Assembly: GCF_009914755.1 (NCBI RefSeq)
Contig: NC_060935.1
Strand: one strand, 5' to 3'
Origin: the human T2T-CHM13v2.0 reference genome, Homo sapiens
Length of the DNA: 64,000 bases
In this document: one piece after another, positions 25,856 through 37,922 of the stretch
How positions within the stretch are numbered: the first letter of the stretch is position 1
Layout of the letters: the number at the start of each line of letters is the position of its first letter
Made by a program: the position numbers and the translations under genes
Notes under the pieces: model-generated
The model's input: only the letters and a program-made list of their open reading frames with translations
What the model was told of the DNA's origin: nothing
The model's database searches: none

Positions 25856-26579
25856 TCAAAGTGGAGAAATGTTATTTTAAATCATGAAAGTAATCTGTGT
25901 TGATATTGTGAGAAGTGAAAATGACATTTATTCAGTTGCAAATAGTAGGCTAAATTTTGTTTCATGGAACATTTAAAAATCAATCTTTTTTTCCAGTGAA
26001 GACTTTGACTTCAACACTTTTAATATATAAACCTTGAATTGGTAAAAATTATGTCCACTTTATATCACTAAAGCAGCTTTGAGTCATTAACATTGTCTAT
26101 AAAATACACATACACACCCACACACACATGACCTATTAGTTGAACCCCAAAAGAGTTATTGGTTCTGATGACATGACAGGGACACTGGCATTAACACCTA
26201 ATTTAAAAAGACTGGTGCAAAGCCTAATTAAAAAATACTAAAAGAGCAACTTGAATTCTAACAAATGAAACAAAAAGTACCTTAGTGTCAAAAACAATTC
26301 TATCGATGAGGTATATTTATAATTGCTAATTTGCTGATTTTTATAATAGTAGCATGGTCATTTAAGAGAATGTTCTTGCTTTTAGTAAATATAACAAGTA
26401 TATAAAGGTAAAGAGGCATCATGTCTTCAACTTATTATCAAAGCTCAGAAAAAATGTGGTAAAATGTTAACATCTGGAGAAGCTGGGTGAATGGTGCAAA
26501 ATAATTCTTCGTAAAATGTTAGCATCTTTTCTGTAATTCTAAAATTATGCCAAAATAAAAGCTCAAATAAAAAAATATA

Positions 26580-27830
26580 CCCTGTTTAATAAATGGTGCT
26601 GGGAAAATTGTAGAAGAATGAAGCTGGATCCCTATTTCTCATCGTATACAAAAATCAACTCAAGATGGATTAAAGAGCTAAATGTAAAACATGAAGCTTT
26701 AAAAATTTTATAAGAAACCCTGGGAGAAACTCTCCAGGACATTGGACTTAGCAGAGAATTTATGTCTAAGACACCTAAAGCAAATGCAAACAAAACAAAA
26801 AGAAATTGGACCTAATTAAACTAAAAAGCTTCTGCATAGCAACAGAAATAACCATTAGAGTAAACAAACAACCCATAGAATGGAAGAAAATATTTGCAAA
26901 CTATGCATCCATCAAAGGACTAATACCCAGAATCTGAAAGGAACTCAAACAAATCAAAAAGAAAAAACAAATAAATAAAAGTGGATAAATTACATAAATA
27001 GACATTTTTCTAAAGAAGATAAACAAATGGTCAACAAATATATTTTAAAAATGCTCAACATCACTAATCATCAGGGAAATGCAAATTAAAACCACAATGA
27101 GATACCACCTTACCCCAACCAGAATGGCCATTATTAAAATGGACATCTATTAAAAAAATAATAGATGATGGCATTGATGTGGTGAAAAGGGAATGCATAT
27201 ACACTGCTGATGGGAAAGTAAATTAGCACAACCTCTATGAGAAACAGTATGGAGATTACTCAAAGAACTAAAAGCAGATCTACCATTTGATCCAGCAATC
27301 TCACTACCGGGTATCTACCCAAAGGAAAAGTCCTTATATCAAAAGGCTACCTGCTTGTATATGTTTATTGCAGCACAATTTACAATTGCAAAGATATGGA
27401 ACTAATCTAGGTGCCCATCAACCATGAGTGGATAAAGAAAATGTGGTGTACAAACACCACGGAACACTACTCAGCCACGAAAAATAACAAAATAATGTAT
27501 TTTGCAGCAACTTGCGTGGAACTTGAGATCATTATTCTAAGTAAACTAACTCCAAAATGAAAACCAAATACTGCATATTTTCACTTATAAGTGGAAACTA
27601 AGCTGTGGCTATACAAAGACATACAGAGTAGTATAAAATGGACATTAGAGACTCAGAAAAGGGGTGGGTGGGTGGGTTGAGCCACAAAAAACTACATATT
27701 GAATACAACATACACTACATGAGTGACCTAAAATTTCAGGCATCATCACTATACAGTTCATCGATGAAACCAAATCCGCTTTTACTCCTAAAGCTATTAT
27801 AATTTAAAAAATTAAAAACTAAAAATAAGT
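26580..27830 (+). mobile_element. L1PB/old L1PA: ORF2 C-terminus plus 3'UTR
   Basis: Degenerate [34 protein letters not shown] and CMFIAAQFTIAK. A-rich tail. Confidence 0.9.
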
Positions 27831-28619
27831 CTTCATTTAATTTTAATTTAATGTTTTAATTGAACAATATCTTTTAATATAGTATTTTGTTGGCCCAATT
27901 CCAAATTCATTGTAACTTAAAAAAAGATTTTATTTATAAGAAATAATTATAAGTATCTGTTTTTAAGAAAATTGTTAAATAATACCATCTATTCATCTTC
28001 AATAAAGTTTAGTGTAACAAAATCGACTTTGTTTTATAAGTGCTGATTAACTAAGTTTTTATTTTTCACCAATAATAAGTTAAAACAATACTCAATACTT
28101 TTAAGAAAACGTTGTCACAATTTTGTCAAAGTTCTTAAAATATCTAGAATTTTGTTAATTACTTTATGACCAGCCATTAAATTACACTCAAGTTTCTGAA
28201 AGATATCAATGTGTATGTAAGGATTCAACTCTTCATTGAGTCAGGAGACTGGATCTGGCTCTTTCATATTCAATTCAATGTTTACACATTTGGAAGTGGG
28301 ACAGTTTACAGGAATGTCATAGAAAAATACACCTCTGTATCAGTTCAGTCATTTTCACTCTGTCTGGAGTGAACCCCGGCCTTAACAGAGAATGCCTGAA
28401 TCACAACCACCACTATCAAATTTCTAGCCACCTCCATTTCAAATGCAGCCAGATTCTACTCTGTCACTGTCACCAGTGTTGCATAGTACCAGAGCAAATG
28501 TCCTCAAAAGTGTTATATGGAATATTAAGCCCATAGTAATAATCCACAAAAAAGGTAATTTTAAATGATAGCCCTTTGCTTGAAGATATAATTCCCATTG
28601 GTATTAAAAAAAGGAACTT

Positions 28620-28928
<309 letters not shown>

Positions 28929-29397
28929 CAAGAATGAACTGACAAAATCTCTTTCAATTTGTTTAACACTCATTTTGTTAACATTTTTGAAAGCATAGAA
29001 CTTCCAGAATTTTCCCTGCCAATATTCTGAAGAAATCCCTGTTTGCTCCCAAAACCTACTTACGTGATCTAAATCCTCTGAGCCTTACCAGAGAGAGTTT
29101 CCTTATCTTTAAAGTGAAAGTTAATGTAATGATTTCCTTGAGTTTTCCCCTCACTGACTGATCTAACCAAAAATCATTAGAATTTTCATTCTGCCAAAAA
29201 AGCGTTATACTTTTGTTGTAGAAATCCTGATGTCAAAAAATCAACTTTATAGATACAAGAAAGGAGGGATAGCATCGAGCTAAGAGTCCTTTCAACTTAA
29301 AAATAAAATACCAAGAGATACTATTTTTCATTTATGAGGATTTCAAAATGCAAAAATTTGACTAGACTGAAAGTAAATAAGAACTCTCATCTGCTGC

Positions 29398-29575
29398 TGA
29401 TGGTGGCAGGCACCTGCAGTCCCAGCTACTTGGGAGGCTGAGGCAGGAGAATGGCGTGAACCCGGGAGATGGGGATTGCAGTGAGCCGAGATCGCACCAC
29501 TTCACTCCAGCCTGGGCGAAAGAGTGAGACTCTGTCTCAAAAAACAAACAAACAAACAAACAAACAAACAACAAA
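29398..29575 (+). mobile_element. 5'-truncated Alu (right monomer, Y-like) with (AAAC)n tail
   Basis: GGAGAATGGCGTGAACCCGGG. No left arm. Confidence 0.85.
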
Positions 29576-29745
29576 CTTCTGTGAAGAATTATTTGGCAAT
29601 ATCTAGCAAAGTTGCAGGTACCCAACAATCATACTTCTAAGAAAGGAATTCAAGTATTCAAAGGAATACTGACACAAATACTAATACAAGCTAATACATG
29701 TGCACAAGGTAATTTACTGGGATATTATTTAAATTAGCAACAGAT

Positions 29746-29801
29746 TTGCACCCGAATATCCATGAATAGAGACTTGCACCCGAATATCCATGAATAGAGA
29801 C
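29746..29801. repeat. Perfect 28-bp tandem duplication
   Basis: TTGCACCCGAATATCCATGAATAGAGAC x2. Confidence 0.95.
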
Positions 29802-29977
29802 AGCCCTTCCATGTATGAGGAAAGATTTCTAGGTATGATACAGAGTAATTATCAGAATATAATATTGACAAGACAAAAATGCAGAAAAGAATTAATACTA
29901 CACATTACACTGTGCAAGAAAAAAGGAAGAATATAGAATGCACATGTGTAGCTTCTTATATTTGATTAAAAATTGCA

Positions 29978-30337
<360 letters not shown>

Positions 30338-33209
30338 TTAAAAAATAAATATTACTATGTTGTTTTGATTTGAAAAACATTACAAGTTTAAGTAATTAAA
30401 AATAAAATTAAGTCAAAAGTGAAAAAAAAAAGAAAACAAACTTTTATTCTGGAAACCCATTTTATTCAAAGCAAAAGCCAAAGGACTTGCAAGGAGCCAC
30501 AGAACTCTGAATTACCTGACCTCATGCTAAATCTCCGACCTTGTCACCTTAACCTTTATGCCTTTCTCTGTTCCGACCTCCTTGCCCTTACAACAGCTGC
30601 TGCATGCTTTCCGTAGCATCTTTGCATAGGCTGTCTTTTGGCCTGGTGTTGGCTTCCTCAGATATCTGTTTTCTCCTTCACTCCTGTGCCACAGTTGGTT
30701 CTGTACAGAAATAGAGAAAGGGCTTGTTATAAGAATAAGGGCTAATATGAATATTGGAATATCTCAGGAAATAAAGATTAGGGAAATATTGAGGACAGGG
30801 CTAGGAAAGCTATAGCTTGAAGGTGAGCAGAACAGATAATGAAGACCTTAGCCCTAAACAGTGACGCAAATGCCCCCAGGAAACTGTATGTATAAGAATC
30901 CCTGAGAAAGCTCCCATCCCAAGTAGCAGGGAAGTTTGCACTGCAGTTTGTGACTGTTTAGGAGTTTCCATATCTTCTCTGTGTCCATTCACAACTGGAA
31001 TTACGTAATAAAATGTTTTCTATTGAAACAAAAATGATGAATTTAAAAATCCAAAACAGAGTGGCTTAAACAAATGCAATGCATTATTTACCATGTGTCA
31101 TAGGACAGTTTCTGCTCTGGGCCATGCTTGGCTAATCTTGTCTGCATCCACTCATGAGTTCATCCTCAGCTAATATGTTGCCTGGAAACAAGCTGGTATA
31201 AGATGTCCCGACCTGTGAAAACTGGTTTAGCGCCACATGACTTCTCATCTGCCAACAGGTTAGCATGAATCTGTGGTCAGGGCAAAGGAGGAAGAGTAAG
31301 ACAGGAAGTTGAAATACACTACACCTCTCTCAAGCCTACATTTGTGTCAAGTCTGTTATCAAAGCATCAGCTAAAACAAGTTACATGACTGAGGCCAGAG
31401 GCAGAATACAGAAGTACTATACATTTATAGAAAAAGAGCATGATTACAGAGAGGCCTTTAACTGGGGCTGTTAATACAACTAATTGATCTACTGTGCCTG
31501 AAAAGTGAGCTAGAGCATCATTCCCAATTATGACATATTAAGTCTCTGATATTCTCACATGTTCATATAAAAAGCACTGGGTATATTCCTTTGGAAAGTA
31601 TCTGAAAAGGAGCTATTATATTAACACGCTGTATTTTAGAACGGTTCAAGGAACCTGCTTCAAGGAAATTCAGTTCTCATTTCAATAAAAGAGATTTTTT
31701 TTAAAATCTATGATCGGACTTAATTTTGAAAAAATCTTAAGGAAAAACATTGTTCATTGTGACAGCTGTTATTAGTTTTTTTCTCACCAGCTCCATATTT
31801 TGTCTAAATACACAAATGGACGAATATTTTAAAATACTATGCTTTATATGTCCTGTACAATTATAGAATTATATACAATTATTAAACAACATCAGCTGCC
31901 CATCCGTCTAAACCCAAGAACATCACAATCCATAACCCATTACCATAGAAACCGGGTTAAAGTACCTCAGTTGCAGCCTAATCAAGTATTGTAACCCAAT
32001 ACCAGTGTTGCATCCACCTTGTTACTCTCATTCTGGAATAACAACATCCCTACTGTTATTAGGGAGCACAGACCTGTAGGTCCACTCCATTCATACAAGC
32101 CGAAGAGCACAGCCACTATTGAGCCTCTAAAAAAATACCAGTTTCCTCTACGCTAGTGCATTCCTTATTGCCCAAGCAATGAAACTGTCTTCTGTGACTT
32201 CCTAAAAATATAGACAGGTGGAGAGTTTTTATTTCTACATAATAAATTAATCATCATACTCCTACATACCTCAATTTTCTTCCTGTGCCTTCATTATTAT
32301 GTGAAAGTATTTCTAGCTTATCTGTTGCATATAATGTCAGGCATCTTTCAATACAGACTTTAAAGAGCCATCTCAGAAAATTTATAAAAAAAGCTTCAGA
32401 TATTACTGCTAAACATTCTCCTGGATGAAGGAGTTCATCTCTTTCCATGGAATGAGAACAACTAGGTGTCAATTAACCTATGATTTGCATGCATTTCTCT
32501 CCTAGGGAGGAAAACAAATTTTTAAAAAATAATTAATCCTTACTGTTGAACTACAACGCCAATTATAACAACAAGTTGTGATATTAATCTCAGAAGGCAG
32601 ATTTGAGTGTTATTAACTGGAAAAGTTATTTTTCATCTAAAACTTTATAAAATCTGCTGCTAAATATGAGGCCCACAAGCTCAACATTTATTTTAAATAA
32701 ATTCTTAATTGCCATTAAAAGCCAATACAGCAAAACTAAAGCAAATGTAGCAAATAATCAAAGTAGATATAGCCATTAATCAAATTGCTTTCCCAAAAGA
32801 GATCATTAAAATATTCCTCTACTCCCTATTCATTTATTGACTAATAGTTGAAAGAGTGATCTACCATTTCAAGGGAAATAGCTTTGTCCCCAAACACTAA
32901 ACATCAAATAATCGCCTGTTACTGAATAATCATTATTTTGTTTTGCAATGTTTGTTTAACAAAAGTAACAACAGAAAGTTTCCAGAGGAACCACCAAAAA
33001 AAAAAAAAAAAATTACAAAGCTGTCTCACGTCTACATAATTTTAAATGTTACTGGCTTCACAAACATTGCTTTCAGGTGCAATGTGCTATTTGGAGGTTT
33101 GTTGTTGAACTGAAAGACAGCATTTTGAATATAGAAAGACACTGGGTCATAGAAAAAACAAAAAACTCAAACTGTGGGAAAGGCATCAAACTTATATGGC
33201 TTTTACTTC

Positions 33210-34600
33210 TATTCAGTTAATCATTTAACAGGAAATTATTGATGATCTGTTTATATTAGACACTACTAGAGGTAAGTAATTAAAATGGGCATAAAATAAT
33301 TTAAGAATTAAAACTTGCTTAAAAAGAAGACTTTCAAGTTTAGGGTGTGTTACAGACATGTGTTAACAGTTGGTTGCAATATAGTGTGGCAAGTGCTATC
33401 GTAAAGCAATCAGTGGATCCAAAATAGTGAATATAAGAAGCACTAATTTTGGCCTGGAAGGTCAGGAAAGCCTCCAGGAGGAAATTATTCAACAGAAAAA
33501 TTTAAAGTTAACCAGAAGAAAAATCAGGGATAGGTAATAATAGCAGAGGAAAAGTGTTCTGGGCACAGAAGGAAACTATATAAATATGTAGATTACATTT
33601 GAATAACTGCGATAGTTGATCATATCTGGAACATGAAGACCAAATGGAGAATGCTGCAAAAGATGAGCCTGGTCTGAGATGCAGGGCCTAGGTTTTCAAG
33701 AGCTATGTCAGCCATGTTTAAAACAAACAAACAAAAAAAAAAACTAGGACCTTATCTTAAGGGCAATGGAGAAGGCATTACGAGATTTAACCAGGAGAAT
33801 ATTGGAATAAAGTTTGTATCTGTAAAAAGTTTATTTAAGCTGCAATGTAAGGAAGAGAGAGAAATAGGAAAGACTGGGGGCAAGAATATGAGTCAGTTGC
33901 CAGTTACAATAAAGAAAACAAAAGTTGCATCAAGAGAGGAATGTAAGTTAACAGATTTGAAAAGTATGTCAGATATAAAATTGTTAGTAATTGGGGACAA
34001 ATTAAATATTGGCATAAGGAACAGGAATGCATAGTAAAAGATAATTGGTCCCTGGTTTGAAACACTGGGTGAATAATGTCCCTATTCATTTAGAGAAAGT
34101 ATATATTCCAGGTTTTGAATATTAGATTTAACACACAGAGATACCAATAGAGAAAATAAATCTGAAATAGAAATATATATGTGTGCGTAGCCAGAATATA
34201 GATGCTTACTGGAGACATAGGATTGGATAAAATCACTGAACAAGAAGATGTAAAGAAGAGAGCTTGGGGGCTTAGAACCTGAAGTACATGTCACCTGAAG
34301 CATATATAATGGAAGCAGAGCTTCCAACGTACAGAATCAAAGTAAACAATCAACCTAGAGACTGCTTTGTTTGGGAAACTTAAGGTATATTAACAGAGTC
34401 CAGTGCTAATACCCTGCCAAAGAAAAATAGGCTGGATTGGATTTGGAGATCGTGAAGTCAATAGTGAAGTTGGTGAGGAGATTTTTTGGTTTAATGGGAA
34501 AGGAAGGCAAATTACACTTGATTAAATTATGAATGTGATTGAAAAAGTAGAGGCCTGCTCTAAGATGTTTGGCTGAGAAGTGCAAGTGACAGAAAAGAGA
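33210..34600 (-). mobile_element. L2 fragment
   Basis: Purine-rich antisense L2 pattern (ATTCAGTTAATCATTTAACAG; GGGCAATGGAGAAGGCATTACGAGATTTAACCAGGAG). Confidence 0.6.
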
Positions 34601-35643
34601 AGAGACTAACCAAGATAAAATTTCTAAGGAGATGACAAAGGTTATGGGAATGGGTGTTTTTTATATTTTATTTATTTTTTTACCTTCCTCGAAGATCTGC
34701 AAGGTACATGTAAAGCAACAAGAGACAATATAATTATAAAAAAGAATCAAGTTTACTTATCCCCTGCTCTGCTTAAGAAATGCAGGGATCAATTTAACTC
34801 CATCAGCTTTCAAGCATTCAGAGCCCAGTTTGGGTTTGAGAAAATGGTCTGTAGAATTTAGTTCTTCAAAACACTGCCCAAATGCTATACACATTGGACC
34901 ACTTAGATATCTAAACATAGAAGTTAAATAAGGTTTTCCGTCAGCTAAAGTTTTTTCATACTCTGTAAAATTGTTCACTGGTGTGTACTCTTCCAAAAAG
35001 ACAAAGCCAGGGTATTCAAAATCCTGCTATTCTTTAATATCAAAATGAAATGTCTATAAAGGAAAAAAAAGAGATAAGCAAAAGGAAGAAAATTTTGAAA
35101 TCACTCCAACTTGGATGCCCAAGATGATAGTGTTAATATTTTGATTTTGAACTTTTATGTTATATTTTCCTCATTTAATTTTGTTAATTTGTGATATCCT
35201 TGTGAACTAATATATCTGTGTATAATTTCATAAAACAAACTTACAATTTAAGAAATAAATTTACATATATTGTCAATGTTACTCACATTCTTAGCATTGC
35301 AATGTGTTTTTATTTTTTGGTTTTTCCAGAAAAGTACAACATAGATTTTGCTGTTGTATTGACTACAGTATTTTACTTAAAATACTTTTTTCTTTTACAA
35401 CTCTTCACTGAATTTTCTATCTTGGAATTTCTGCCTGAACCAAATTATTTTACCTGGAAAGCATAAGGAAAATTTATGTATAATTCAGAGTACTTATCAG
35501 AACTTTAATTTAATTAAACTTAATATAATACACTGGTAAGTCATGGCTATCTTCTCACATTTAATTGGTCATTTCTTATAGAGTCAAGATTATTCAGAAG
35601 GTATGCTCTGGAGTTCATTTTAGAAGAATCCTGTATCTATTAC

Positions 35644-36584
35644 ATGGCAAAAGGCAATCATTCATCAGTGACTGAGTTCATCCTCCTAGGGCTCACAGAT
35701 AATCAGGAACTTCAAGTCATTCTCTTTGGTGTATTCCTACTGATTTACTTAGTTACTGTGTTGGGTAATCTTGGTTTGATTGTGCTAATCCATATCAGTC
35801 CTCAGCTTCACACACCTATGTATTTTTTCCTCAGCCATCTGGCTTTTGTGGATTTTTACGGTACCTCTGCTATCACTCCAAACACCCTTGTCAACTCTTT
35901 GCATGAAATTAAAAGCATGTCATTTTATGCATGTGCCACTCAAGTGTGCTGCTTCATTACACTTTCAGTCTGGGAATTATTGTTGCTCTCATGGCATATG
36001 ATCGGTATGTTGCCATCTGCAACCCTTTACTCTATGTAGTTCTCATGCCTAGGAGACTCTGCATTCAAATGGTCACTGGCTTATATATTTATGGTTTCAC
36101 CATGGGACTCATACAAGCAGTGGCCACATTCCACATGTCGTTTTGTGACTCTAATGTGGTCAACCAGTTCTACTGTGATGATGTTCCTCTGATTGCTCTG
36201 GCTTGTTCTGATACACAAGTCAAGGAATTGATGTTGTTCATCATTGCTGCGTTCAATGTTTTTTGTTCTCTTATCATTGTTCTCATCTCCTATGTATTCA
36301 TCGTCTTTGCTATCTAAGGATCCACTCTGCCGTAGGAAGACAGAAAGCCTTTTCTACCTGTGCTTCTCACATGTTTTCTATTTCCATATATTATGGGACC
36401 CTCAGTTTTATGTACCTACAGCCTAAGTCAAGCCACTCACTAGATAAAGACAAATTTGCCTCAGTATTCTATGCAGTGGTGATTCCCATGCTAAACCCAT
36501 TGATCTATAGCTTGAGGAATCAAGAGGTAAAAAAATGCTATGAAAAAAATTATTGAAAAAATGTGTTCTAGTAATCAACAGTAA
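35644..36584 (+). pseudogene. OR5AL2P: OR pseudogene with three frameshifts
   Basis: Begins [19 protein letters not shown]. Lesions: 4-bp deletion at ~35990 (versus paralog CTCTCAATCATGG), 1-bp deletion at ~36314, and +1 A in the run at 36529-36535. All OR motifs are recoverable across frames. Symbol from recalled gene order. Confidence 0.85.
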
Positions 36585-37149
36585 AATTTGTTGGTACTAA
36601 AAGAAATACTACGTACAGAGTCAGGACATTTTGAATCAAGGTTTGTACAGTGCTAGTATATGTAGAAGCCTTTGTCCTTTGGAACTTATTTTCTTTGAAA
36701 ATATGTCTTTTATTGCTTTGGCTTACAAATGATAGGCATTTTGTAAATGTTTCACTTTTGAACTGCAAAAGAGAGATAAGAATAATCTACTCTCTTTAAC
36801 CATGAGATGCTTCAATACTAAATAGAAATAAAGAAGAAAGCACCTTGAAATTATGACTTTATCTTATTTCACTATGATATTGAGAACTTTAGGTCATCTT
36901 GAGAGACATGTGCTATTATTATTACTGCATATAATATTGCAAATACTAGGCAAGGTTTTCTTCCATAGTTGAACTGGGGGGAAAATGGTGAGATGCTTGG
37001 CTGAAAGATTTTGGTTTGAATATCCCTTACAAGTTAGATTATCCTTCATTTTACAATATCTCTATTGATTTGACTGAATATTTTTACCTGATCATTCAAG
37101 CATCATCCCTCCCATATTACCCTCACATTCAGCCAGCACATTTACTGAA

Positions 37150-37922
37150 CTGATGCATTAGCTATTTGTCCGGGTGCTCTTCGTACCTTGCCCCCAACTC
37201 CATGACAAGCCCCAGTGTGTGATGTTCCCCTCTCTGTGTCCATGTGTTCTCGTTGTTCAACTCCCACCTATGAGTGAGAACATGAAGTGTTCGGTTTTCT
37301 GTTCCTTGTTACTTTGCTGAGGATGATGGCTTCCAGCTTCACCCATGTCCCTGCAAAGGACATGATCTCATTCCTTTTTAATGGCTACATAGTATACCGT
37401 GGTGTATATGTACCACATTTTTTTATCCATTCTACCATTGATGGGCATTTGGGTTGGTTCCATGTCTTTGCTATTGTAAATAGAGCTGCAGTAAATATAC
37501 ATGTGCATGTGCCTTTATAGTAGAATGATATATATTCCTTTGGGTATATACCCAGTAATGGGATTGCTGGGTCAAATGGTATTTCCGGTTCTAGATCCTT
37601 GAGGAATCGCCACACTGTCTTCCACAATGGTTGAGCTAATTTACATTCCCACCAACAGTGTAAAAGTGTTCCTATTTTTCCACAGCCTCACCAGCATCTG
37701 TTGTTTCTTGACTTTTTAATAATCACTATTCTGACTGGTGTGAGATGGTATCTCACTGTGGTTTTGACTTGCATTTCTCTAATAATCAGTGATGTGTAGC
37801 TCTTTTTCATATATATGTTGGCCACATACATGTCTTTTTTTGAGAAGTGTCTGTTTTTTTGAGAAGTGTCATTTGTTTTTAATCCATCTTGAGTTAATTT
37901 TTGTATAAGGAAGGGGTCCATA
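37150..37922 (-). mobile_element. 5'-truncated L1PA
   Basis: Minus-strand ORFs encode the L1 ORF2 C-terminus (WKTVWRFLKDLEPEIPFDPAIPLLGIYPKEY; [19 protein letters not shown]). Confidence 0.92.

Noticed and set aside
37287-37921. ORFs with protein-like sequence
   Set aside because: Fragments of L1 ORF2 and their antisense frames.
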